A stretch of DNA of 63,764 nt, counting the filler, from Octopus bimaculoides (Eukaryota): assembly GCF_001194135.2 (NCBI RefSeq). It is 13 parts of 13 records of this genome, joined end to end, with 100 filler letters (N's around TTAATTAATTAA, not from the genome) between each part and the next. Parts side by side here need not be neighbours in the genome. Positions count along the whole stretch, not along the records: positions 1 to 4,573 come from NC_068989.1; positions 4,674 to 8,110 come from NC_068983.1; positions 8,211 to 9,865 come from NW_026354306.1; positions 9,966 to 11,836 come from NC_068999.1; 9 more parts are not named here. One strand, 5' to 3'. This document shows positions 1-10,165 of this stretch, one piece after another (positions within the stretch are counted from its first letter, which is position 1; each line of letters begins with the position of its first letter). The translations under genes were made by a program, and so were the position numbers. The notes beneath the pieces are model-generated. The model made no database searches. It worked only from the letters and a program-made list of their open reading frames with translations, and was not told the DNA's origin.

Positions 1-554
1 CAATGACCTTCATGAGGTAGTGTACTGAGTGACACCGCTATGTTTACCTCACAAGTTGTGAAATTTGTGTTTTTGTGAATACGTGTATGCTGTAGTCTGG
101 GATTTTGTCATGGAGAGGAACAAAAAGTCAATGCAAAATTTTGAGTCAAAGTTGGGATGTCTGTTCGTATACGCTCTCATGATGATAGCAAGTTAATATC
201 ATAATAGCTCTCTGTGTGTGTCCATGTATGCGTGTGTGTGCATGTGTTTGTGTGTGCGTGTGTGTGTGCGTGTATGTCTGTGTGTGTGTGGGTGTATGTG
301 TTTGTGTGTGTATTAGTATGTACGAGTGAGTGGGTGTGTGAGTGAGTGAGTGAGTGAGTGAGTGTGAGTGAGTGATATCACAGAGGTGTAGATTTAGTGT
401 TCATCTTTACTAAATATATAAATAATGGGTCTCAAATTGCATTTAGCAAGGTATCGTAAATTTTGTCCTGAATTTCGTTCGCTTCACTTGTAAATTATAA
501 CTGAAGTAAATACAAAATTTGCATCATCATCATCATCATCATCGTTATTATTGT

Positions 555-605
<51 letters not shown>

Positions 606-613
606 CTGTAGTT

Positions 614-659
<46 letters not shown>

Positions 660-674
660 CAGCAGCAGCAGCAC

Positions 675-879
675 GGCGAACTGACAGAATCGTTAGCATG
701 CCAGACAAAGTGCTTCGCGGCGTTTCGTCTGTTTTAACGTTCAGAGTTGAAATGCCACCGAAATCGACTTTGCCTTTCTTCTTTTGGAGTTGATAAAATA
801 AGTACCAGTTGGGCACTGGTGTCGATCTAATCGATATAGCCCCTCCCGAAATTGCTGGCCTTGTGCAAAAATTTGTAAT
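675..879 (+). mobile_element. tRNA-derived SINE, family A (head GGCGAGCTGGCAGAATCGTTAGC type)
   Basis: Shares head, GTCGACTTTGCCTTTC core and GTACCAGTT segment with many other copies in the window; ends in (CAT)/(ATT)n. Confidence 0.85.
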
Positions 880-908
880 CATCATCATCATCATTATTAT
901 TATTATTA

Positions 909-1440
909 TTGAGTGAGAGAGTAGTGACACTGGGGTAAAATATACAAAGCCCAATATACCCATCATGACTACCCATCTGATAAGAGTACACCAGGCATAT
1001 GCATCACAACCATATGTGCGCGACATGGGGATCTAATATCAAGATAAACAGCACATGACCTCGCAGGTGGGGCCCAGTTAGAATTTTCTTCGGGTCGGGT
1101 AGCCCATCCCGCTCAAAAGGTCACTGAATAAGGTTTGTTTAAGAATGTTGAGCAAAACACCCATGTTTCCAAAGGTGAATTATTCAAACCCCAAAGAACA
1201 CATGGCTATGATGCTCCCCCACTACTTCTGCTCCTTATCAGAGATGCACATATTGTCAGCCACCAAGGGACATGCTCAACTGGTTAAGGTCAAACAACTG
1301 ACAAGAAAATCTGTGGCACTGAGCAGAATATTTACTGTAGCCCATCTTTTATACCAAGACAAAACAATGTACATGATAACACTTCCAATCAATTAAGATC
1401 AGAAGCCATGAGAGCCACTGCCTGGTTATGCATTAGGGCA
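909..1440. repeat. Probable interspersed repeat, unclassified
   Basis: Complex sequence bounded by (ATT)n on the left and (ATT)/(GTT)n on the right; no coding motif recognised and no second copy in the window. Confidence 0.35.
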
Positions 1441-1779
1441 TTATTATTGTTGTTGTTGTTGTTGTTGTTGTTGTTAAGGCGGTATAAAATTCAGCAGCAA
1501 CAACAATATCAGTACGAAGTCAAACTGCAAATCTGCGAACACCAACACCACAACGAAGAGCACAAACGAAAATGAGATGGACTCAGCGAACAGCAAAACC
1601 AAGGACAAGGAGTATATAAAGAAGAACAAAAACAGCTCCACCAAATCAAAAAGGTTTGCAGACGTGGCCAGCGCTTAAAAAAGAAATGTTTTCGCTGGTC
1701 CTCGGTGAGAAAATAAAGGAACTGACCCAAGCCAAAAAAAATTTTAATTGAGTGGGGTAATGCAGCAGTATTTATGCCT

Positions 1780-2510
1780 TCTGAAGTGATGGAAATAAAC
1801 GAATCATGCTATTCCATATAATGATCATGGTATTCCATATAAGGCTTCTCATATTTTCTGCTACTCCATACATTTCCATTGTTTTTATTATCCAGGAGTG
1901 TGGTATCATACCGTATGCTTTATGATAGTCAACCCATGCCATGTTCAGGTTTATGTGTCTTCGCTTGCAGTTCTTGATAATTAGATTATCAATTAATAGC
2001 TGATCCTTCGTTCCTCAGCTTCTCTTTCGGTACCCTTCTGTTCAATAGGTAGCATCCCACTGCTTTCCATGTATCTGTACAGTTCACCGACCAACGCACC
2101 TGACATTTGTTTCCACATTAGCAGAAGGTACGTTATTGGTACAAAGTTGGATGCAACATTTCCCTTTTCGGGCTCCTTGGCAAACAACAACGTATTTCCC
2201 TCTTTCTGCAAGCACTCATCTAGCTGTTGGGCTATCCTTTCCTGGAGCCCTCTCAGTTTCTTTATCCAATAACCTTGAACCCCCATCCGGTTCTGGGCTC
2301 TTCTAATTTGGGAATTTTTTTATACTGCTTTTTTTATCATTTCTCTAATTATTTTTATGTCTTCTTGGCCGTCTATATTTCTTAACCTATCTTGGATTTC
2401 ATGCAGCCACTCCGCTTCATCATTATGCTCTACAGGTTGGTCCCAGATCCCTCTCCAGAATGCCCTACTTTCCTCTGCATTTGGTATCATTGTCACGTGT
2501 AATTGTCCAT
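1780..2510 (-). mobile_element. R4/Dong-clade non-LTR retrotransposon fragment (pre-RT and RT N-terminal part), disrupted
   Basis: Minus translation [48 protein letters not shown] with stops and frameshifts. Confidence 0.85.
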
Positions 2511-2529
2511 CTTATTATTATTAGTATTA

Positions 2530-2620
2530 TTATTTTATTGTCTTTGTTCAGCTTCTAACGCAGGAGATGTACTACGGTGTCAGCTGTTCATTACCAGTGA
2601 ACTAAGGTAACACCCCTTAT
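2530..2620 (-). mobile_element. Probable 3' UTR of another R4/Dong-like element ending in (AAT)n
   Basis: Short complex segment flanked on both sides by (ATT)n-like tracts within the R4 stack. Confidence 0.45.
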
Positions 2621-2644
2621 TATCATTATTATTATTATTATTAC

Positions 2645-2687
<43 letters not shown>

Positions 2688-2688
2688 G

Positions 2689-2940
2689 ATTTAACTCAGA
2701 TTCATTTTTATTCCTGCTAGAATTTATGTGGGTAGCCAGTTACTACCTGTAAAGTTAGGTATCCACAGGCTTTCGATAGTATTTCAAGTGCTTAAAACCC
2801 TCCTGATAATCTTTCCTGCCCCTTGAGGCAAACTTTCTGTAGAAGCTCTGCAGGACATTTTGTTCCATTCTCTTTCAATCACAAGTCTATATCTTTACTC
2901 ACAGTACCCAATGCACCAGTTATAACAGGCAGAACCTGTA
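2689..2940 (-). mobile_element. R4/Dong-like 3' end
   Basis: Minus translation VLPVITGALGTVSKD...LLQKVCLKG.GKIIRRVLST-stop, then 3' UTR and (AAT)n tail. Confidence 0.8.
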
Positions 2941-3006
<66 letters not shown>

Positions 3007-3007
3007 T

Positions 3008-3949
3008 TATGTTTGACTTTTGCTTTACATTTGTACAAGTTGGCTCCACGTCTCACCCAGAGACCTCAAGGGATAACAAGTTAGAAGTTCATGCTGGTGT
3101 TATGCCTAGGGTGCCATATATTTGGTTTTGTACATAGTGTTGTTCTAGAGAATCTTTAAGAAACCATAAGAAAATTATGTTTGTTTGAAAATTTGAGATT
3201 ACATAGATAGTATTTTGCGTAGGATATGGGCAGTTCCCATGAGCACTATCTTTTGAATTTCTGCCATTTGGCGTTTCCTGGTATCTGAGCTAGGTAGCAA
3301 TTAGCTCCTTTTGTTATCATTCCCAGGGCACCTATGGCAACAGGTATTGTTTTAGTCTTCAGGTTCCACATTTTGCTAATTTCTATTTCAAGATCTTTAC
3401 ACTTGCTCAGTTTTTTGTAGGTCTTGACAGATACGTTTATAGCGATTGGGACAGTCATATCAATGAGGAGGCATGATTTTTGTCTGAAGTCTTTCAATAT
3501 GATATCTGGCCTATTTGCATCTATATTTCTGCCAGTTTGAATGGCGAAGTTCCAGAGGAGTGAGATGTGATCATTTTCAAGCACTTGAGGTGGTTTGTGT
3601 TCGCACCAATTTTTATCAAGGGGCAAGTCCAGGTTTTTGAAAATTAAAAAGTGAATATATTGTGCAGCTCTATCATGTCTCTTGAGATACTCTGTAGGCG
3701 CAAGAAGACTGCACATGGAGACAACATGATCAATGATTTCAATTAGTTCCTTGTAGGTAGGCATTGATCTTGATCTGCTATGATAAACCCTTCTGTTTCA
3801 GATTTAAGCCAGAGGCCATTAGCCATTGATGGGTAAGAGTTTTGTCAACATCGGCATTATTCGCTCTCTTTGAGTATTTGCCATTCAGAGGTTTTTCTAG
3901 CCATTTATCAGTAAGAATATCTAAGGCAGCAGTTTTAGCACGGGTTTTC
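3008..3949 (-). mobile_element. R4/Dong-like element 3' portion with restriction-like endonuclease domain
   Basis: KRHDRAAQYIH, ANRPDIILKD...LLIDMTVP, KLSKCKDLEIEI, IPVAIGALG; 3' UTR then (AAT)n; 5' part lost in a gap. Confidence 0.92.
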
Positions 3950-4191
3950 NNNNNNNNNNNNNNNNNNNNNNNNNNNNNNNNNNNNNNNNNNNNNNNNNNN
4001 NNNNNNNNNNNNNNNNNNNNNNNNNNNNNNNNNNNNNNNNNNNNNNNNNTATATATATATACATACATACATATATATATAGATATGTGTACATATATAT
4101 ATACATATATACATATATACATATGTATATACATGTGTGTGTAAGCACATGCATATAATTTTCCTCTTTCAAAGGACAATCAATCTAACGG

Positions 4192-4232
<41 letters not shown>

Positions 4233-4530
4233 CGGTTGCCGATGGAAAGAGTAAAATTATAATTTTATTTATATTGATATTTTAATATATTAATGTAATA
4301 ATCCTGAATAGGTTGGTTTTCCTTCAGTATTAAATATTTTAATTTATGTAAATTAGCCACATGAATATTTCAGTTAAACTGCTTATCTAGCTCTAGGGTA
4401 ACACACGACTAGCTTAAAATATTCGATTTGTATATGTTTTACTGGACAAACCTAAGGAGTATTTACTTGTATTGTTTAAATTTGCATCATTTGTTAAAAA
4501 TTTATCCTAATAATGAAAGGCAAGAGTGTT

Positions 4531-4573
<43 letters not shown>

Positions 4574-4617
4574 NNNNNNNNNNNNNNNNNNNNNNNNNNN
4601 NNNNNNNNNNNNNNNNN

Positions 4618-4629
4618 TTAATTAATTAA
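4618..4629. other. Artificial gap spacer TTAATTAATTAA (also at 8155, 9910, 11881, 13522, 15636, 20863, 46112, 51387, 58843, 60542, 62486)
   Basis: Identical 12-mer with stops in all six frames, always embedded between N runs. Confidence 0.95.
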
Positions 4630-4758
4630 NNNNNNNNNNNNNNNNNNNNNNNNNNNNNNNNNNNNNNNNNNNNAAAGATGAACCAATAAAAAAAAAGAAA
4701 ATTACTAAACGGAGCATGACGTGAAAAATGGCAGAATATGGGGAAATATCAATAAAAT

Positions 4759-4777
4759 TTTATTTATTTATTTATTT
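4759..4777 (-). promoter_or_regulatory. Possible polyadenylation signal cluster (AATAAA repeats on minus strand) for the beta-lactamase-like gene
   Basis: TTTATT tandem on + strand about 620 bp downstream of the stop; such motifs are common by chance in AT-rich DNA. Confidence 0.25.
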
Positions 4778-4989
4778 CAAATTGCAATGTATTGATCTTA
4801 TATGATGTATTGATTTTGTAAAGAATACATCGATTTCAAACAAATTTTGATGATGGAAAATATGAAGACGTTTATCAAAGCCAGACGTTAAGTAGTTTGT
4901 GCAAAGATGTTGTTCATAGTGTGTATCTGTGTGTATAGATGTTTCTGTTTATGTGTGTTAATGAGAGTGCATATGGGTATACCAGTGTG

Positions 4990-5034
<45 letters not shown>

Positions 5035-5384
5035 AAGCGTGCGTACGCGCGCGTTCGTGATTTACTGCGGGTGATTCGCTCAGTCTTGTAACCAGAGTTT
5101 GATGTATCAGTATTTGACTAGATGAGACACGATGAGACACGATCACAGCTACGTCCTACTGAACTGATCTTTACAAAAGGAGGAAAACATTCGATGTAAT
5201 GTTTAAATAATAGCTCAAACCGTAACAATAATCTTCTTCGCTTTTTAATTGCGGAAAATGTTTTATAACCATAAAAAAAAACTGTATTCATTTAGGTAAT
5301 TTAATTTTTAATGACATTCCACCGCGTTTTTTAATAGTTTGTTTTGTTTTCAATTGATAAGTCTGTGATGTTCTGTTGCTTTTT

Positions 5385-7408
5385 TTAGTTCATTTTTTTG
5401 TTTTTTAAAGAAGTTTTTCGCTCAAGATAAACGGCATAATACAAAACGCCCTTCTTATTTACATAACCCACAAGCAGTTTCGGGAAATAGCTCCCTCTAA
5501 AGTAATGATAAGCAATAACTTCACCTACACCTGAAGCAGTAAGGTTATGTTTGAAGAGACCTTGTCTGGTACTGTCTCTGCGATAAATTACCGAAAATCG
5601 AGGTTTTTTATAGCGGCTTGAAGAATCCAGGTATGTCATGACTCGGCCAGATTTGAAATTTAGTTTCATACTAAAGATAAGATCTCGTAAACTGATATTC
5701 ATATACTCTTTAGAAAATTTAATGGGTTTCTTTTCCAGAATAAAGCATACCAATGGTTCGTGGTTTATGTGGAAAAAACTTTGAACCCGCGGAACGTAAC
5801 CCTTCTCGTTATATACATGAGCGAAGAGTTTATAACTTTGAGAATATTGCCGAATTCCGAATTTAATATCCACTGGGGGTTCTTTTTCCTTGTTAAAAAG
5901 TGCCATATATTTTTGCTTGCCTCCGTGTGAATAACTTGTATATGTTTGTATCAATTTCAGGTAGGCATCACTTCTTGCATAGACATGCTTGTAATGTAGA
6001 AGTCTCTTTTCTTCTAAACCATGTTCGAGATAGAAGGCGTCTGGAGTTTGACCAGGATTAAAGTGGGCTATAACACTGAAAAAAGTTTTTTCTTTAAACT
6101 CAAAAGCACTTATCCATTCCACTTTAAAGTCTTGTTCTCGGATGGCACTAACATATGCTGAAATATGTCTCTCTGGTACTTGATACTTAACGATCCGCGA
6201 TCCTTCGGCTGGAGTACCAATTTGAATATCTGACAGATCATAATTGAAATAATCAGGAGTATGAATATCGAAATTCTTTGCAAAATGTAAAATCTCTTTG
6301 TTGAATAAATTTTTGTTCTTTCTTCCAACTAACAGCATCACAAATGCATCAGCTGACGAATGTGTTGAGTTGTGGTGTTTATGGATAGACTTCAACAATC
6401 CTTTATGATAAAAGAGCATATCATCTGTGTTCATATCACTTTCTTGCCAAATATGGCCATGCTTGTTGACATTGACCCCAGCTCCCATCCAACTATCGGC
6501 ATGTCCAACTATACGGCTTGGTTTCTCCAAGAGCATTCTTACTCCGGACTCGTTGAGAAGATGATGGTCGCCAGAATAATCCAAACAACGAGAAAAGCGC
6601 ATTATATCATAAACATTGGAGTGCCATTCAACTCTGGCATGTTCTGGTGGAGCATGTAAGGTATTGGACGGCATATGAAATACAGCACCGTTCTTCTTGT
6701 TTTTCTCATCGTGATGGTGGTTAGCGATGCTAACCTTTGTATGCCACATACCACACGGCTCCAGAATGTGCTTGCGAACAAAATCAGCGTAGCCTAAATC
6801 TTGTACCTTCTCGATAATTCGTTCCAGTATGACGTAACCAAAATTTGAGTATGTCGAGTGTGTACCTGGTCGATCGTGAAGAGGAAGGGAAATGACATAT
6901 CTGATGACATCTCTCAGTTCTATTGGTCGAGATAACTTCATGATGTCAGTTATGTTGGGTACACGGTAGCCTTTAGATAAATATACAGAGTTCAGCAGAG
7001 GATCAAACAGAGGTGGTTTGTTTGCGTTCCAACCAGCAGCATGGCGCAGCAGATCATCAATTGTTATCTCATACAACAGTTTGTCAGTATGATGAGCGCC
7101 CCACGGTTTCAAATGGCCTAAAATCCCTCTTTTACCAAATACTTTACTTGTCAGCCCCAATTTGTTTTCTTCAGCTAATTTCAGAATGGAGACTGCAGTA
7201 AACATCTTGGCAATGCTTGAAATGGGGAACAACGTTTCTGGGATGATTTTGTGTTCTTTATGCAATTTCCCGTAACCTCTGGCATAAATAAGTTTGCCAT
7301 GTCTTGATAAAGCAATCGCTGCCCCTTCGTACTGGTGTTTGCTTAAAAATTTATTGAATGCCTCATCAAATGATTTATTGGTTGGCAGTTGATGATCAAC
7401 ACACACAC
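5385..7408 (-). CDS. Terminal coding exon of a serine beta-lactamase/DD-peptidase-family (class C-like) hydrolase with five C-terminal BTRD1/polyglycine-hydrolase-like repeats; 5' exon(s) not in this ORF
   Basis: Uninterrupted frame of 673 codons to the stop at 5385-5387. SxxK = S-I-A-K (7217-7206), YxN = Y-S-N (6851-6843), family-typical LLRHAAGW and PG..S.YSNFGY.IL..IIE segments. Minus-strand polypyrimidine tract TTTTTTGTTTTCTTTCTCTTCCATAG ends in AG at 7410-7409, giving a phase-1 exon start at 7408. The ORF-track start (TTG, MKCFLFSFSSI) is the translated acceptor tract. Confidence 0.9.
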
Positions 7409-7502
7409 CTATGGAAGAGAAAGAAAACAAAAAACATTTCAATTAATGGAATTTAATTAATGAAATACAAATACAAAGTCATATTTTCATTCATCCTTAT
7501 AA

Positions 7503-7667
7503 GCAATTCATCCGTTTCTATAGTCTGAGTTCAAATTCCGACGAGGTCGACTTTCCCTTTCATCCTTTCAGGGTCGATAAAATAAGAACCGGTTGAGCCC
7601 TGGGGTCGACGTAATCGACTTACTCCCTCTCTCGAAATTACTAGTCTGGTGCCAACATTTGAAACCA
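7503..7667 (+). mobile_element. SINE family A, 5'-truncated
   Basis: CTGAGTTCAAATTCCG..GGTCGACTTTCCCTTTCATCC..GGGGTCGA.GTAATCGACTT. Confidence 0.85.
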
Positions 7668-7737
7668 ATGAGTAAGGTTGTTGCTTTTTTGTTTTGTTTT
7701 GTTTTGTTTTTGTTGGGTTTTTTTTGTTTCTTTTTTT

Positions 7738-7897
7738 GAGAACCCAGGTTCGAAATTCCCTCAGGACACCTGATGAAGGCTGGAGAGTACATCAGCCGAA
7801 ACGTTGTGTTAACAACAAACAAGACGAGGACAAATATCCGTCCAATGTATATAATGTAAACAATATACATAATTCCTCATCTCTCAAATATAGAACT
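7738..7897 (+). mobile_element. Penelope-like element terminal fragment carrying the hammerhead
   Basis: About 160-bp repeat also present at 17777-17920 and partially at 60020-60097; CTGATGAAGG...CCGAAACG is the typical Penelope-like terminus. Confidence 0.7.
7765..7810 (+). ncRNA. Minimal type-I hammerhead ribozyme motif (Penelope-like element type)
   Basis: GACAC(7765-69) CTGATGA(7770-76) A GGCTG-gagagtacat-CAGCC GAAA CG T T GTGTT. Stem I GACAC/GTGTT, stem II GGCTG/CAGCC, core CUGAUGA and GAAA, palindromic stem III ACGU, cleavage triplet GUU (7803-7805). Confidence 0.8.
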
Positions 7898-8210
7898 CAG
7901 TTACCGAATTTCCTCGTGTAAAAGTTGCATTATTTTAGACTTGGTTTTTAACTGAAAAATTTGGAGTGCGAACTATAGTACAACTATGGAAGGAAATGGT
8001 TTTGTACCAAGCTTTTCATGAGTAAATACGTTAAATGATTGGATCGTAAAGATCGCTACTACTAGGATATATCTTTTATATTTTAACGTGTTTCGGTCAT
8101 CTGGCTACGGNNNNNNNNNNNNNNNNNNNNNNNNNNNNNNNNNNNNNNNNNNNNTTAATTAATTAANNNNNNNNNNNNNNNNNNNNNNNNNNNNNNNNNN
8201 NNNNNNNNNN

Positions 8211-9865
8211 CGAACGGACGAACGTACGTTCGAATTCATCTCCAACGGTGCAGAGGGAGGCTAAACGGACGAACGGACGTTCAAATTCCGCTCGAACGAT
8301 GCAGAGGGATGCAAAAGGGACGCACGTACGTTCGAATTCCGCTCGAGTGGTGCAGTGGGAGGTCGAACGGACGCACATAGTTTCGAATACCGCTCGAGTG
8401 GTGGAGAGGGAGGCCTAAAGGACGCACGTACGTTCTAATTCTGATCGAAAGGTGTAGAGGGAGACTGAAAGGACGCACGTACGTACGAATTCCGTACAAA
8501 GGGTGCAGAGGGAGGCCGAACGGACGCACGTACGTTCGAATTGGGCTCGAACGGTGCAGAGGAATGCCGAACGGACGGACGTACATTTGAATTCCGTTCG
8601 AAAGGTGGAGAGGGAGGCCGAACGGACGCACGTACGTTCGAATTCAGCTCGAACGGTGCAGAGGGAGGCTAAACGGACGCACGTACGTTCGAATTCCGCT
8701 CGAACGGTGCAGAAGGATGCAAATCGGACGCATGTACGTTCGAATACCGCACAAAACGTGCAGAGGAATGCCGAACAGACGCATGTACGCTGGAATTCAG
8801 CTCGAACGTTGCAGAGGGAGGATAAACGGATGAACGTACGTTAGAAATCCGCTCGAGTGGTGCAGAGGGAGGCCTAACAGACGCACGTACGTTCGAATTC
8901 CGCTCGAGTGGTGCAGAGGGAGCCTGAACGGAGGCATGTACATTCGAATTCCGCTCGAACAGTTCAGAGGGAGGCCGAACGGACGCACATAGTTTCGAAT
9001 TCCGCTCGAGTGGTGGAGAGGGAGGCCTAAAGGACGCACGTACGTTCGAATTCCGATCGAAAGGTGCAGAGGGAGGACGAACGGACGCACGTACTTTCAA
9101 ATGCTGCTCGAACGGTGCAGATGGAGGTCGAATGGACGCACGTACTTTCGAATTCCGCTCGAACGGTGCAGATGGAGGCTGAACGAACGCAGGTACGTTA
9201 GAATTCCGCTCGAAAGGTGCAGACGGATGCCGAACGGACGCGCGTACTTTCGAATTCCGACCGAACGGTGAAGAGGAAGGCCGAACGGACGCACGTACGT
9301 TCGAATTCCACTCGAACTGCGCAGAGGGAAGACGAACGGACGCACGTACGTTCGAATTCCGTTCGAACGGTGGAGAGAGAGGCCGAACGGACGCACATAC
9401 GTTCGAATTCCGCTCGAACGGTGCAGTGGTAGGCCGAACGAAGACACGAACGTTCAAATTTCGGTCGAAACGTGCAGAGAGTTGCCGAACGGACGCACGT
9501 ACGTTCGAATTCCGCTCGAACGGTGCAGAGGAAGGCCGAGTGGACGCACATACGTTCGAATGCCGCTGGAACGGTGCAGAGGGAGGTTGAACGGTCGCAC
9601 GTACGATCGAATTCCGCTCAAACGGTACAGAAGGAGTCCGAACTGACGCATGTACTTTCGAAATCCGCTCGAACGGTGCAGATGGAGGCCGGACGGACTC
9701 ACGTACGTTCGGATTCCGATCAAACTGTGCCGAACGGACGCACGTACGTTTGAATTCCGCTCGAAAGGTGCGGGATGTGGTCGAACTGACGGACGAACCT
9801 TCGAATTCCGATTGAACACGCACGTACATTCGAATTCCGCACGAATGGTGGAGAGTTAGGCCGAA
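8211..9865. repeat. CpG-rich 51-bp minisatellite, about 32 units, bounded by gaps on both sides
   Basis: Consensus CGAACGGACGCACGTACGTTCGAATTCCGCTCGAACGGTGCAGAGGGAGGC; period 51 (e.g. CGGACG at 8521 and 8572); the ORF track shows 17-aa repeats in multiple frames. Confidence 0.97.
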
Positions 9866-10003
9866 NNNNNNNNNNNNNNNNNNNNNNNNNNNNNNNNNNN
9901 NNNNNNNNNTTAATTAATTAANNNNNNNNNNNNNNNNNNNNNNNNNNNNNNNNNNNNNNNNNNNNTATATGCATGCATGTATGGTCTGTATGTATATTGC
10001 ATC

Positions 10004-10165
10004 ATCATCATCATCATCATTTAACACCTGTCTTTCATTCTGGCATAGATTGGACAGCTCAACAACCAGAGGGTTGCATTGAGCTCCAGTGTCTATGGCT
10101 GGATGCCCTACCTAATGCCAAGCACTTTACAGAGTGTACTAGGTGCTTTTCTTCATGGTATCAGC
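10004..10165 (-). mobile_element. RTE LINE 3' terminus with (GAT)n tail
   Basis: CTGGATGCCC..CCTAATGCCAA motif shared with 17405-17740, 19660-19825, 49620-50400 and 50330-50565. Confidence 0.7.

Noticed and set aside
484-1026. Homopolymeric ORFs (poly-T/V here; poly-D/H/I/M at 50491-51055, poly-R/E/L at 54840-55172, poly-F at 26925-27266, HT/CV/YI repeats elsewhere)
   Set aside because: Translations of microsatellites or N gaps.
5385-7442. Hydrolase ORF as bacterial contamination
   Set aside because: Contiguous with host SINEs and microsatellites on both sides, has a canonical splice acceptor and no usable start codon or operon context; long reads would settle it.
8281-9859. Long ORFs (up to 386 aa) with 17-aa repeats in several frames, one on the same strand as the hydrolase
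   Set aside because: The 51-bp consensus has no stop codon in any of six frames and is divisible by 3, so long ORFs are automatic; stops arise wherever variants occur. No coding evidence.
8211-9865. CRISPR-like appearance (palindromic repeats at regular spacing)
   Set aside because: Units are contiguous tandem copies without unique spacers; eukaryotic context; no cas genes.
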